64,000 nucleotides of DNA from Patescibacteria group bacterium (GCA_036278915.1 DASUKB010000001.1:173186-237185); one strand, 5' to 3'. Positions 28,359 through 38,619 are shown, counted from the stretch's first letter. Notes: generated from the letters alone by a model not told the origin. A program made the numbers and translations.

Positions 28359-28467
28359 AGGAGCCTCCTTTTCCATTGCCAGGGTATTGTAGGCAGTTCC
28401 AACCCGCTTGTCCAGTTTTGAAATCAGCATAGCTTATGGTATAATTATACATATTAAACAGCCATAA

Positions 28468-29919
28468 ATGACAGAAAAAATAGAAGAATTACGCAAAGTT
28501 CGCATACAAAAACTCGAACAACTCAAAAATTTGGGGGTGGACCCATATCCTGTAGATTCAGAACGCTCCCAGACTGTTGGTCAAGCAATCAAAAATTTTG
28601 AACAGCTGGCAGGGGATCAAACTAAACTCACACTGGCCGGTCGCGTCAAATCGATCCGCATCCACGGCAAACTGATTTTTGGCAATCTTGAGGACGAAAC
28701 CGGTTCGACGCAGTTTTTGCTGCGCGCGGACGTGGTGGGCGAAAAATTATTCCAGGAGTTTGATTTTTTTGACATTGGAGATTTTTTGCAAACCACGGGA
28801 CACATGAGCCTGTCCAAAACCGGAGAGAAAACTTTGGAAGTTGAAACTTATAAACTCCTGGCCAAATCTCTGCGGCCGATTCCTGCCGAATATTTCGGCC
28901 TCAAAGATTTGGAAACTCGCTTGCGCAAAAGATATCTGGATTTGCTCACCAATTCTGAAACTCGCGAATTGTTCCGCAAAAAAATGATTTTTTGGAAAAC
29001 TATCCGCGATTTTTTGGAAGGGCGTGAATTTTTGGAAGTTCAGGTTCCCGTATTTGAATCAGTCCCCGGCGGCGCGGAAGCCGAACCGTTTGTAACGCGC
29101 CACAATGCCTTAAACCAAGATTTCTATTTGCGCATCAGTTTGGAACTGCCGCTTAAGAAATTAGTTGTCGGCGGGTTTGAAAAAGTTTTTGAAATCGGCC
29201 GAGTTTTCCGCAACGAAGGCGTATCCACCGAACATTTGCAGGACTACACCCAAATGGAATTTTACTGGGCGTATTCCGAATACAATCAACTTATGGATAT
29301 GGTCCAGCAAATGTACCAAACCACGATTCAAAATATCACGGGCGGACTCAAAACTACTTACGACGGCCAGGAAATCGACTGGAGCGGAGACTGGCCGAAA
29401 CTCCGTTACTTTGATTTGTTTGGAAAACATACCGGACTTGATTTGAATACGGTTTCCGACAGCGACTTGCGCGAATACACTAAAGCCGAACATATAAAAA
29501 TTGAAGCCAACCAGGGCCGCGGCCGGCTGATTGATTTGATTTATAAAAAGAAAGTCCGCCCGATGCTGGTTCAGCCTTGTTTCCTTATTAATCCACCAGT
29601 TGAGATTGAGCCCTTGGCCAAAAAAGATCCGAAGAACCCGAAAGAAGTCCAGCGCATGCAAATTTTGGCTGGCGGCACGGAGCTTGGCAAAGGGTTTTCC
29701 GAATTGAATGATCCGCTGGACCAGCGCGCGAGATTTGAACAGCAAATGAAATTGCGCGAGACAGGCGACAAGGAAGCCCAAATGCTCGATGAGGATTATC
29801 TTGAAGCTATGGAGTACGGCATGCCGCCCATGGCCGGATTTGGACTTTCCGAAAGATTATTTGCGGTAATTATGGACAAATCCGTGCGCGAAACCACGAT
29901 TTTCCCACCGATGAAATAG
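28468..29919 (+). CDS. lysS: lysine--tRNA ligase (class II)
   Basis: RKRYLDL, GGAEAEPF, YLRISLEL, FRNEG, ELNDP and EYGMPP motifs. Confidence 0.97.
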   Translation: MTEKIEELRKVRIQKLEQLKNLGVDPYPVDSERSQTVGQAIKNFEQLAGDQTKLTLAGRVKSIRIHGKLIFGNLEDETGSTQFLLRADVVGEKLFQEFDFFDIGDFLQTTGHMSLSKTGEKTLEVETYKLLAKSLRPIPAEYFGLKDLETRLRKRYLDLLTNSETRELFRKKMIFWKTIRDFLEGREFLEVQVPVFESVPGGAEAEPFVTRHNALNQDFYLRISLELPLKKLVVGGFEKVFEIGRVFRNEGVSTEHLQDYTQMEFYWAYSEYNQLMDMVQQMYQTTIQNITGGLKTTYDGQEIDWSGDWPKLRYFDLFGKHTGLDLNTVSDSDLREYTKAEHIKIEANQGRGRLIDLIYKKKVRPMLVQPCFLINPPVEIEPLAKKDPKNPKEVQRMQILAGGTELGKGFSELNDPLDQRARFEQQMKLRETGDKEAQMLDEDYLEAMEYGMPPMAGFGLSERLFAVIMDKSVRETTIFPPMK

Positions 29920-29922
29920 ACT

Positions 29923-30516
29923 ATGAAGAAACTTTTGATTGGCACAACCAACAAGGCCAAATTTGCGGAATATAAAAAGCTGCTTTCCGATCTGCCTATG
30001 GAATTGGCCAGCCTTTCGGATTTGGGTATTGCGGAAAAACCGGAAGAAACCGGCAAAACTTTTGAAGAAAATGCGATTATCAAGGCTAAATTTTATTATG
30101 CCAAATCGGGGATACCAACATTGGTGGATGACGGAGGGTTGGAAATAGAGGCGCTCAATGGCGAACCCGGCGTGAAAAGCCACCGCTGGATCGGCCGCGA
30201 AATGAGCGACGACGAAATTATCACGGAAGTAATGAAGCGTATGGAAGGAAAAACCAATCGCGGCTGCCGGTTCAATCTTGTTTTGGCTCTTGCCACGCCG
30301 TTTGGAATTATGACATCCGACGCGGCAGTTGAGGGCGTGATCGCAGAAGCGGCGTCTGGCAAAAAAATTGAAGGATTACCGTACCGTTCGCTGATGTATT
30401 TTCCCAATTACGATAAATATTACTGCGATCTTTCCGACAAAGAGCATGAAATATTAAATCACAGAAAACACGCGTTGGATAAAATTAAAGATATGTTTGT
30501 GGAAATTAGTAAATAG
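29923..30516 (+). CDS. rdgB: non-canonical purine NTP pyrophosphatase (RdgB/HAM1)
   Basis: TTNKAK, ETGKTFEENAIIKA, DDGGL..L.GEPGV.S and NHR motifs. Confidence 0.88.
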   Translation: MKKLLIGTTNKAKFAEYKKLLSDLPMELASLSDLGIAEKPEETGKTFEENAIIKAKFYYAKSGIPTLVDDGGLEIEALNGEPGVKSHRWIGREMSDDEIITEVMKRMEGKTNRGCRFNLVLALATPFGIMTSDAAVEGVIAEAASGKKIEGLPYRSLMYFPNYDKYYCDLSDKEHEILNHRKHALDKIKDMFVEISK

Positions 30517-30545
30517 TAATGAGTAATTAGTAACGAGTAACGAGA
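30508..30545 (+). repeat. 7-nt-phased array (AGTAANN x5)
   Basis: AGTAAAT AGTAATG AGTAATT AGTAACG AGTAACG AGA, then the serS ATG. Confidence 0.75.
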
Positions 30546-31808
30546 ATGCTAGATATAAAATACATCCGGGAGCACGCGGACGAGATTAAGCAAAACAATA
30601 AAAATCGCGGAGTTGATGTAAATGTCGATCGGCTTTTGGATTTGGACACCCTTCGACGCGACCACATTAAACAAATCGATGAATTGCGCGCGCAAAGGAA
30701 TCAATCTTCAAAAGGCAAGCCGAGCAAAGAAGAAATAGATAAAATGCGCAAAGTAGGCGACGAGGTCCAAAAATTAGAGTCAGATCTGGCGAAAATTGAT
30801 ATTGAGTACCATGAACTTTTTGCCAGGATCCCAAATCTCACTCATCCGGATTCGCCAGTAGGCGGCGAAGAAGATTTCAAAGTTTTGGAAACGCACGGCG
30901 AGAAGCCAAAATTTGATTTTGAACCCAAAGACCATGAACAACTCATGCTGGATTTGGGTGTAATTGATTTCGAACGTGGAGCTAAAGTTGCGGCCAGTAA
31001 ATTTTATTTCGCCAAAGCAGATCTGGTGCGCTTAAACTGGGCGCTGGTAACCTACGGTGCGGAAATGGCGGCCCGGCACGGTTTTGTGCTCATGGAAACG
31101 CCAGATATGGCCAAAAATGAGATTTTGTCGGGGATTGGTTTTAACCCGCGAGGTGAAGAAAAACAAGTTTATAACATCGCGGATTCTGACCTAAGCCTTA
31201 TTGGCACGGCGGAGATTACAGTCGGCGGGTTTCATTCGGGTGAGGTCTTGGATTTATCCGATGGCCCCAAAAAATACGCTGCCATCTCGCATTGTTTCCG
31301 CACCGAAGCCGGAGCGTATGGCCGGACAAGCAAGGGGTTGTACAGGGTCCACCAATTTACAAAATTGGAATTGTTTGTGTTCTGCAAACCAGAGGAATCA
31401 GAAAGATATCACCAGGAAATTTTGGAAATCGAAAAGGAAATTGTGAACGGTCTGGGTCTGCCGTACCAAGTTATAGATATTCCAACTGGCGATCTTGGGG
31501 GGCCGGCATATCGCAAATACGATATTGAAGCTTGGATGATTATGAAGGACGGGCCGGCCTCACCGACAGGGGAGTATGGTGAAATCACTTCAGCTTCCAA
31601 CTGCACCGATTATCAAGCGCGGCGGCTCAATATTAAGTACCGTAAAAACGATGGGGCTACTGAATATGTCCACACTCTGAATGGCACGGCAATTGTCACC
31701 AGCAGATTTCCCATCGCCATTTTTGAAAATTTCCAGACAGCCGACGGATCGATTCTTGTGCCCGAAGTCTTGCGCAAATATTTAGGCAAAGAGCGTATAA
31801 GCAAATGA
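30546..31808 (+). CDS. serS: serine--tRNA ligase
   Basis: MLDIKYIRE, GTAE, CFRTEAG, RVHQF, SNCTDYQARR and HTLNGT motifs. Confidence 0.97.
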   Translation: MLDIKYIREHADEIKQNNKNRGVDVNVDRLLDLDTLRRDHIKQIDELRAQRNQSSKGKPSKEEIDKMRKVGDEVQKLESDLAKIDIEYHELFARIPNLTHPDSPVGGEEDFKVLETHGEKPKFDFEPKDHEQLMLDLGVIDFERGAKVAASKFYFAKADLVRLNWALVTYGAEMAARHGFVLMETPDMAKNEILSGIGFNPRGEEKQVYNIADSDLSLIGTAEITVGGFHSGEVLDLSDGPKKYAAISHCFRTEAGAYGRTSKGLYRVHQFTKLELFVFCKPEESERYHQEILEIEKEIVNGLGLPYQVIDIPTGDLGGPAYRKYDIEAWMIMKDGPASPTGEYGEITSASNCTDYQARRLNIKYRKNDGATEYVHTLNGTAIVTSRFPIAIFENFQTADGSILVPEVLRKYLGKERISK

Positions 31809-33079
31809 GAAAAGTTCTGGAGACAATTCTTGCCGCGTACGCAAGATGGGCTTTGGCATTGCATAAGCCGCAGATTGTGGGCATAACCGGAAGCGTGGGC
31901 AAGTCTTCGGCTAAAGATGCCATAAGCTTGGTGCTTTCGCAAAAATTTTCCGTGGGCGCTACCGCAGGCAATTTCAACAGCCAGATTGGACTGCCCTTGG
32001 CGGTGCTGGGAATTAAAAAGAGCGGCGGATTCAAAAAAAATCTTGCGTCTGTTTTTGGCTGGTTGTGGATTATAATTTCCGCGCCTTTTGGGATTTTAAA
32101 ACGAGATTTTCCAAAAATTTTGGTTTTGGAAATGGGTACGGATCATCCAGGCGACATAACGGGTCTTCTGAACATCACAGGCCCGCTTTCCTCCGCAGTC
32201 CTCACGGATATTGGCATCAGCCATATGGAATTTTTTCCAAGCCGGGAAGCTTTGGCAAAAGAAAAGCTTTCAATATTGAAAGGGCTTAAAAATTCCGGCA
32301 TTGCGATTTTGAATGCCGACAATTCCAAGGTTCTAGAGGGCAAATCAAAAGTTCCGAACACGTTAACATATGGATTTGGCCCCGCAGATGTTCAAGCGCA
32401 TAATTTTCATTACACGGTCAGAGATGGCCGACCTGGCATTGTTTTTTTTGTACAAACCGCGAAAGATTCCAGGGAATTTTTTATTCCCAACGCCGTGGGC
32501 AAACCCGCGGCTTACGCGGCGCTTGGAGCCACAGCCGTTGGCCTGTCCTTCGGTTTGGATCTGCAAGAGGTTGCAAAAGCCTTGGAAAATTATCATCAGC
32601 CAGCAGGACGCTTGCAGATAATCAGCGGCGCAAATGGTTCCACGATAATTGACGATACATATAATGCCTCGCCATCATCAGTTATCGCGGCTTTGGAGGC
32701 TTTAAGCGAAGTTTCCTCCACACGTCAATTGGTAAGCCTGGGTCATATGGCGGAGCTTGGGAGTGAATCCGAATCCGGTCACAGGCAAGTTGCAGACAAG
32801 CTTGCGGCTATGAAGCCGGATATAATTTTTCTAGTCGGTGAAAAAACCAAAACTATTGAGAGTGAATTAAAAAATCGGCAATTTGCGGGCCAGGTATTCT
32901 GGTTCCCGGATTCCGATGCGGCCAAGATTTCCGTAAAACAGAATTTGCTTGCCGGCGATTGGATTTTGGTGAAAGGCTCACAGTCAGCGCGCATGGAGAA
33001 AATTGTTAAAGCGATTATGCGTAATCCGTTGGACGCGCCCAAACTTTTGGTGCGTCAGTCAAAACAGTGGCAAAGGTAA
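31805..33079 (+). CDS. murF: UDP-MurNAc-tripeptide--D-Ala-D-Ala ligase (N-terminally short)
   Basis: GITGSVGKSS, GNFNSQIGLP, LEMG, DDTYNASP, MAELG and LVKGS motifs. Confidence 0.88.
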   Translation: MRKVLETILAAYARWALALHKPQIVGITGSVGKSSAKDAISLVLSQKFSVGATAGNFNSQIGLPLAVLGIKKSGGFKKNLASVFGWLWIIISAPFGILKRDFPKILVLEMGTDHPGDITGLLNITGPLSSAVLTDIGISHMEFFPSREALAKEKLSILKGLKNSGIAILNADNSKVLEGKSKVPNTLTYGFGPADVQAHNFHYTVRDGRPGIVFFVQTAKDSREFFIPNAVGKPAAYAALGATAVGLSFGLDLQEVAKALENYHQPAGRLQIISGANGSTIIDDTYNASPSSVIAALEALSEVSSTRQLVSLGHMAELGSESESGHRQVADKLAAMKPDIIFLVGEKTKTIESELKNRQFAGQVFWFPDSDAAKISVKQNLLAGDWILVKGSQSARMEKIVKAIMRNPLDAPKLLVRQSKQWQR

Positions 33080-33086
33080 ATTTATT

Positions 33087-33159
33087 CCCTCACCCCAGAC
33101 AGATTTCGGCAGCAAATGAGGGAGTGAATCTCTCTCCCCCAGATGGGAGAGGGGGAGTT
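33087..33159 (+). repeat. REP-like element, family A variant
   Basis: CCCTCACCCC...TCTCCC/GGGAGA...GGGGGAGTT, upstream of the ftsQ-like gene. Confidence 0.65.
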
Positions 33160-33178
33160 CTAAAAGTAGATAAACCTA

Positions 33179-34180
33179 ATGAAAATTTTCTCAAAGCATC
33201 GCAAAAAATTAGAGCCACATCGGCGGTTTGGCAGTCGTGAATTCCAGTCCAAACTCACGAGTGCCAAGAACTATAAGCGAAACTTGGGCCTCAAATCTCG
33301 TGGTTCAGCCCTGGCCGATATTTTTTCCAAAACCGGCTTGTCCAAAGCCGGCACGTTTGCGGCTTTGCTGGTTTTGGCCGGGATTATTTATTTTGCGGCC
33401 TTTTCTCCTTATTTTTTGGTTAAAGACATAAATGTTTCCGGCAACTCGCGGATACCGAGCCAAACAATTGTCTCAGAAATTGACTCACTGTCGCAGAAAA
33501 GATTTTTTTTGGTACCGGAAAATAGCCTGCTTTTTCTAAGCCAAGGTCGGCTGAGTGGAATTTTTAAGAAAAATCTGCCGGATATTTCGGAAGTTATATT
33601 ATCGCGCCACTGGCCGGATAAAATCAGCCTGCAGGTGACAGAGCGCAATCCAAGTTTCGTACTTTCGGCAACCGGAGAAAATTTTTTGGTGGACGACCAG
33701 GGATTCGTCATTCGCCAAGTAGTCCAAAATCCCAACTTGCTTCAAGTCGCCGATCAGGTGAGTGAGGATGTATCCCCGGGTTCAACCATAGGCGGCAAAA
33801 TTGTGCCATTTATAGTTTCCATGCAAAAACAATGGCCTGGCAAAATAACCATCCCCATCGCTTCCGCCAAAATTCCCGGGAAAGCGGCTTCCGAGGTGGA
33901 GTTTGTGTCCACGGAGGGGTGGTCAGTCCTGTTTTCCACGGACTTGCCTGTGGCAACCCAGCTGGATAGCCTTCAGCTGCTTTTAAGCCGACAGATAACG
34001 CCAGCAAATCGGGCGAAGCTTTCGTACATAGACTTGCGGCTGGCTAAGTGGGCTTACTATTGTTACAAAGACACTCCTTGCCAGCAAACATCCGAGCAAT
34101 CACAGGCGGCAATTGGTCCGCAGGCTCCCGTGACCGGATCAAGCACCCGGCAGACGCAAAATTCCGATACATCCGAATAG
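33179..34180 (+). CDS. ftsQ: FtsQ/DivIB-like cell division protein
   Basis: Basic N-terminus, TM, POTRA (VKDINVSGN...WPDKISLQVTER), YIDLR; follows murF. Confidence 0.75.
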   Translation: MKIFSKHRKKLEPHRRFGSREFQSKLTSAKNYKRNLGLKSRGSALADIFSKTGLSKAGTFAALLVLAGIIYFAAFSPYFLVKDINVSGNSRIPSQTIVSEIDSLSQKRFFLVPENSLLFLSQGRLSGIFKKNLPDISEVILSRHWPDKISLQVTERNPSFVLSATGENFLVDDQGFVIRQVVQNPNLLQVADQVSEDVSPGSTIGGKIVPFIVSMQKQWPGKITIPIASAKIPGKAASEVEFVSTEGWSVLFSTDLPVATQLDSLQLLLSRQITPANRAKLSYIDLRLAKWAYYCYKDTPCQQTSEQSQAAIGPQAPVTGSSTRQTQNSDTSE

Positions 34181-34229
34181 CTTCCGGTATTGTTACAAGA
34201 TGTGTTAAGATTCGTAATTAATACCGTAA

Positions 34230-34817
34230 GTGTGCTGGCAAAAAAGGACAAAACATCTGACAGAACAAGAGGCAATCAAAAAAATTGTGGCAGGAGACTC
34301 CGAAGCGTTTGGTGTCCTGTACGATATGTATATCGAACGCATTTATAGGTTCGTCTATTTCCGGACGCATCACAAACAGACCGCCGAAGACCTGACCAGC
34401 ATCGTGTTTACCAAAGCTTTCAGTAAGTTTGGAAGCTTTGATACCAGAGTAAGTTTCTCCACATGGATTTTCAGCATCGCCCGCAACACTTGTATAGATT
34501 TTTACCGGACAGCCAAGCCGGTAGCAGACTTGGAAACAGCGCCTGATGTGGCAGAACCTTCCAACCTGGCGCGGGATTACGAACTTCGGGAAAAAGTTCA
34601 GCAGGTCAAAGCCTACTTGGAGACGCTTGCGCCCGATCAGCGCGAACTGGTTATAATGCGCCTCTGGGAAGGATTTTCCTACGATGAGATTGCCCGCATC
34701 ACCGGCAAAAAAAGCGCTAATTTGCGCGTGACATTCAGCCGGATTATAGCCCGCATGCAGAAGGAAATTACATTTGCATTAATTTTGTTTGCAATTATTT
34801 TTAAGAAATATTTATGA
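34230..34817 (+). CDS. ECF-type RNA polymerase sigma-70 factor (start uncertain)
   Basis: GDSEAFGVLY, AEDLT..VF, FSTWIFSIARN..ID..R and region-4 SYDEIA. Confidence 0.9.
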   Translation: MCWQKRTKHLTEQEAIKKIVAGDSEAFGVLYDMYIERIYRFVYFRTHHKQTAEDLTSIVFTKAFSKFGSFDTRVSFSTWIFSIARNTCIDFYRTAKPVADLETAPDVAEPSNLARDYELREKVQQVKAYLETLAPDQRELVIMRLWEGFSYDEIARITGKKSANLRVTFSRIIARMQKEITFALILFAIIFKKYL

Positions 34818-36322
34818 ACGAACAAATTTCGCGGATTATAGAAGAATTAAAGGCTCTGGATCCGCAGTTTGGGCAATATCCTGACGAACTGGAGAAAATT
34901 TTGTTAAGCCTCCTGGCTGTGCGGCCTGATCCGAAAGTTGATCCGGAGTTTGTCCGGACGCTTAAATCACAGCTGCTTCAAAAACTTTCGCGCCAAAAGG
35001 CTGCCGGGTTTTGGCACGGTTTATTTACGAAAAAATTAGCCTGGAGCGCGGCCGCTCTGGCGCTGGTTGTGGTGGCAGCTGTGGCTGCGTTGGGAATTTA
35101 TAGTTCAAAAAAGCAGTCTTCGGCATTGAGTTTTGGTTCGGATGTGCGCGTGGTGCATACCGTCGATGGCGCTTTTGGCAATCTCGCCACGCTTACCGCG
35201 GCATCATCGGGCGCGCAAGGGACATCAAATGCTCTGTCTATGCCCGAATCTGACATTCAGGTGAACTCCGGTGTGGGTGTCTCGTCTGCTCCGTCTAAAC
35301 TAATTGCACCTTATCAGCCGGTAAATTATAAGTATGTCTATAAAGGCGATTCGCTTAATTTGCCCTCGTCTAAACTCGACGTGCTCAAAAAACAATCTCC
35401 GGACAGCACCGCGCTTACGCAGAGCCTGTCTACGCTTGGGTTAGGACTTCTGGACTTAAATTCCTTTTCCGGAAGCAAAATCCAGTCTGTGAATTTCTCC
35501 CAGGACAATGGCTACAATTTGTACGTGGACTTAAATTCGGGCACAGTTTCCATTTCCGGTGGTTTTTATGCCGTGCCGCTAGCTTCAGACAGCGTGGTGA
35601 GCCAGCTTTGCACTCAATCCGGCTGCCCAGGGCCTGCACCTATTTCTCAGTCGGATATTCCGGATGATGCCACGCTTATTTCCATAGCCAACCAATTTTT
35701 GTCCGACCACGGAATCGCAACGTCGATTTATGGTGCGCCCGAAGTCGATGATCGTTTCGGGGTTCAAAATGAGACCATAATGGGCGCAAACCCCAAGACG
35801 CAGATTTTCTGGCCGGACAACGTAAGCATTGTCTATCCGTTTAAAGTGGGAGACAGTGAAGTTTATGACGAGTCCGGCAGCAAGACAGGGCTTTTAGTGG
35901 ACGTGGATGTGAGAAACCGGAAGGTTTCGAATGTCTCAAATTTATCCACGCAGGAGTACCAGGCCTCAAGTTATGACGCGGAAACCGATGCGGACGCAAT
36001 TATTAAGTCTGCGGAATCTGGTGGTATGTACGGTAATTTTGGCGGCTCGGAGGGCGCCAAAACTGTGGAGTTGGATTTGGGCACGCCAGTACAATCGTTC
36101 GTGCAAATGTGGGACTATCAAATGAACAGTTCGCAAGAGCTGCTTGTGCCCGCGCTAATTTTCCCCATCACCAACGCGCCTACCGACGGCAGTTTCTACC
36201 AAAAAGCAGTCGTGGTGCCTCTCATTTCGGACATTTTGAAGGAAAATTCCGGTCCGGTGAAAATCTTGAACGGCAATTCCGGTTCCGGCATTTCGGTTCC
36301 GCCAATAGCTCCGGCAAAATAA
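34814..36322 (+). CDS. putative membrane-anchored anti-sigma factor
   Basis: ATGA overlap with the sigma gene; ~75-aa cytoplasmic N-terminus, single TM, large extracytoplasmic domain. Confidence 0.6.
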   Translation: MNEQISRIIEELKALDPQFGQYPDELEKILLSLLAVRPDPKVDPEFVRTLKSQLLQKLSRQKAAGFWHGLFTKKLAWSAAALALVVVAAVAALGIYSSKKQSSALSFGSDVRVVHTVDGAFGNLATLTAASSGAQGTSNALSMPESDIQVNSGVGVSSAPSKLIAPYQPVNYKYVYKGDSLNLPSSKLDVLKKQSPDSTALTQSLSTLGLGLLDLNSFSGSKIQSVNFSQDNGYNLYVDLNSGTVSISGGFYAVPLASDSVVSQLCTQSGCPGPAPISQSDIPDDATLISIANQFLSDHGIATSIYGAPEVDDRFGVQNETIMGANPKTQIFWPDNVSIVYPFKVGDSEVYDESGSKTGLLVDVDVRNRKVSNVSNLSTQEYQASSYDAETDADAIIKSAESGGMYGNFGGSEGAKTVELDLGTPVQSFVQMWDYQMNSSQELLVPALIFPITNAPTDGSFYQKAVVVPLISDILKENSGPVKILNGNSGSGISVPPIAPAK

Positions 36323-36330
36323 GGAAAGCA

Positions 36331-36365
36331 AAAAGACAGAGCCTGATTCCAGGTCTGTTTTTTTT
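36331..36365 (+). terminator. intrinsic terminator
   Basis: ACAGA-g-CCTG...CAGG-TCTGT followed by a T-run. Confidence 0.6.
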
Positions 36366-36432
36366 CTGCTTGAAAATTGCCGCAAATTTTGTAAAGATAC
36401 TGGCAGACAACGAGGCAGGAGGAATTTAGGAC

Positions 36433-36993
36433 ATGAGCATTGCGCAGCCACTCAAGGAATCATACATCCCTCGAGCAACGGACTATATCGATTCGGTTGC
36501 TGATCCGATCGAGAAGTATCAGCTCGCAGTCGAACCTCTCATTGCAGAGAGGGAGCAGCTCAAACAGCGGCTCAAGCAAATTGAAAACGAAATCGAAAAG
36601 CACGCCGGCCTGCGACATAAGATTGGACGATTGGTCCGCCGGTTTGCGCGCTACGCCCAGCGGCGGAAAGATGATTTCGTCAATGGCGGAAAGCGGACAG
36701 TGAAAACTGGTTCAGGATCATTCGGGTGGCGATTGAACCCGAGTGATTCGCTTGTTTGTGATCCCGGTCTTGAGCATAAAGCCATAAAGCGGCTCATCGA
36801 GCTTGAACGATGGGATCTGCTCGATTGCCGACTACGCAAAGATCCTATCAAGGCGGCTTTGCAAAGCGGGGATTTGAGAAGCATTCCAGGTCTTTCTGTG
36901 ATCCGAAGCGAGCGTTTCCTTGTGGCCCCCTCGGGATTGTGGTCTGTTAGCCTTTTTGAGGACGGCCATATCAAGCTTCAAGGCGAACGCTAG
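36433..36993 (+). CDS. Mu Gam-like host-nuclease inhibitor / DNA-end-binding protein
   Basis: Coiled coil, then YAQRRKDDFVNGGKRTVKTGSGSFGWRLNP and IPGLSV...ERF, resembling the phage Mu Gam C-terminal domain; AGGAGG SD. Confidence 0.7.
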   Translation: MSIAQPLKESYIPRATDYIDSVADPIEKYQLAVEPLIAEREQLKQRLKQIENEIEKHAGLRHKIGRLVRRFARYAQRRKDDFVNGGKRTVKTGSGSFGWRLNPSDSLVCDPGLEHKAIKRLIELERWDLLDCRLRKDPIKAALQSGDLRSIPGLSVIRSERFLVAPSGLWSVSLFEDGHIKLQGER

Positions 36994-37009
36994 TGTCTAG
37001 AAGAAGTTG

Positions 37010-37043
37010 GCCTTGCTGGGGCAATCCCGGCAAGGCTTTTTTT
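37010..37043 (+). terminator. intrinsic terminator
   Basis: GCCTTGCTGGG-gcaat-CCCGGCAAGGC followed by TTTTTTT. Confidence 0.8.
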
Positions 37044-38619
37044 AGTTCACGTGGTATTCGGTGATGTAGATATCGCCCTTAAATCCTGGCGTGTCCGGGT
37101 ACACTTGTTCTTGCACCGTATCCCAGTTGCCAGGAACGTTTGGCTTATTGGACCCAAACCCAGTGGTCCATACCAGCCAGACTGTGTCATTTGTTTGGAC
37201 TTCAGGGTGATTGAAAATCGTATCGGTGAGCACCAGGTCGTCGGCCGAAAGCAGAGCTGTGCCAGAGAAGTGGGGGATCGTGGACAGCGGTCCGCTTGAG
37301 ATAAGTTCGGGGTGAATGCCGGTTTGGTTATAATATCTGAACGTAAAGTACACGAAACTTGAGCCGACATAAATTTTATCACCTGGTCTGGCGTATTCGT
37401 TGACCTCAGCCGCTGCCGCGGCCATGCCGGGCTTTTTGTCTACCGTGCGGTTGAAGAAGATGTTCTCCACTCCCATATCGTACCAATTTTTATAAAACGT
37501 AAAGATAAGCGCCACCACGAACACAGAGGACAGGACCTGGCGCACAGTAGGTTTCGGGATCATATCCACCACTGCGGCCACGAGGATGGTGAAGAAGACG
37601 GACGTGAACACGAAGTATCGCTCCTGATAAATTGCAGTCTGAAGCGAGAGAAAAATAGACAGCACAAACGGCACGAGGATGCTTAAGGCTATAAACCATT
37701 TGATTTCGGCCTTACCGCGTCGCAGAAATAGGTAAATAGCTACTAAGGCCACGATGGTTGCGATAATTTGAATGAGGTGCCTTATACCCTGGCCGCCGAA
37801 GATCATAGTCCAAATCGTGCCAGGAATGCTCCAGCGGTCCAGGGGCGGGATCCAGTATGCGGCATCCACACGGCCTTTCTGCACCAAAAATTGCCCGAGC
37901 CAGGGCACAAAGAGGATAAACGCAAAGACATAGGCTCCGACTGTTCTAACGGTCGCATTTTTATACCACTGCCAGTTGACTTGTTTGTGCTTGAACAGCC
38001 AATAAATGAGATATAAACCCTGTGCGGCTACGGAAAAAATTAAATAATAATGCGTGTAGATGCACGCCGCAGCCAAAACTCCATAGATAAGCCAGTGTTT
38101 GATTTTCTGAGTCTCAAGAGCTCGGAACAGGAAATAGCTTGAGAGGAGGATAAGAAACGTGCCCAGCGTGTACATGCGCGCCTCCAGAGAGTACTGGGCC
38201 TGGAATGGGTTTATGGCGATAAGCAGCGCGGAAAACAGCGCCAACCTTTGGGATCCAAAAGCTTTTTTTACAAACAAATAAGCGGCCCATATCGTGAGCG
38301 TGCCAAAAAGAATAGAAAACCCGCGCAGAGACAGAAGTCCAGTGCCTGTGACGTAAGTCCAAAGTTTTAGAAGAATATAATAAAGCGGGGGATGCACATC
38401 CAGGCCTATGCGGTACATCATTTCATGCCAGCTATAGTCGCGTACATAGAGCGCGCTGAATGCTTCGTCATGCCAGAGCGCTACGGCTGTGTTGTTGTAG
38501 AAGCGCAAGTACACACCAAATGCCAAAATCGGCAGCAGCCACCAGGTGGAAAGTTCAGTTACGCGAAACTTAGCGGATTTTTTTGAAACAGATTTTGGAA
38601 TTATTTTTTTTGTAGGCAT
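37042..38619 (-). CDS. GT-C fold glycosyltransferase (PMT/ArnT-like)
   Basis: LWHDEAFS, DVHPPLYY, EARMY, YTHYY and ERY motifs; multi-TM. Confidence 0.85.
   Translation of the reverse strand: MPTKKIIPKSVSKKSAKFRVTELSTWWLLPILAFGVYLRFYNNTAVALWHDEAFSALYVRDYSWHEMMYRIGLDVHPPLYYILLKLWTYVTGTGLLSLRGFSILFGTLTIWAAYLFVKKAFGSQRLALFSALLIAINPFQAQYSLEARMYTLGTFLILLSSYFLFRALETQKIKHWLIYGVLAAACIYTHYYLIFSVAAQGLYLIYWLFKHKQVNWQWYKNATVRTVGAYVFAFILFVPWLGQFLVQKGRVDAAYWIPPLDRWSIPGTIWTMIFGGQGIRHLIQIIATIVALVAIYLFLRRGKAEIKWFIALSILVPFVLSIFLSLQTAIYQERYFVFTSVFFTILVAAVVDMIPKPTVRQVLSSVFVVALIFTFYKNWYDMGVENIFFNRTVDKKPGMAAAAAEVNEYARPGDKIYVGSSFVYFTFRYYNQTGIHPELISSGPLSTIPHFSGTALLSADDLVLTDTIFNHPEVQTNDTVWLVWTTGFGSNKPNVPGNWDTVQEQVYPDTPGFKGDIYITEYHVN

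Noticed and set aside
27966-28452. Two overlapping minus-strand ORFs (27966-28430 and 28042-28452) as a programmed frameshift
   Set aside because: A single SD-led ORF from 28358 explains the region, and no slippery site was identified.
31551-31572. Extra peptide GPASPTG in SerS as another in-frame palindrome insertion
   Set aside because: Too short and only weakly palindromic to separate from ordinary loop variation without an alignment.
36433-36993. Prophage
   Set aside because: Only one phage-like gene; no structural, integrase or transposase genes nearby.
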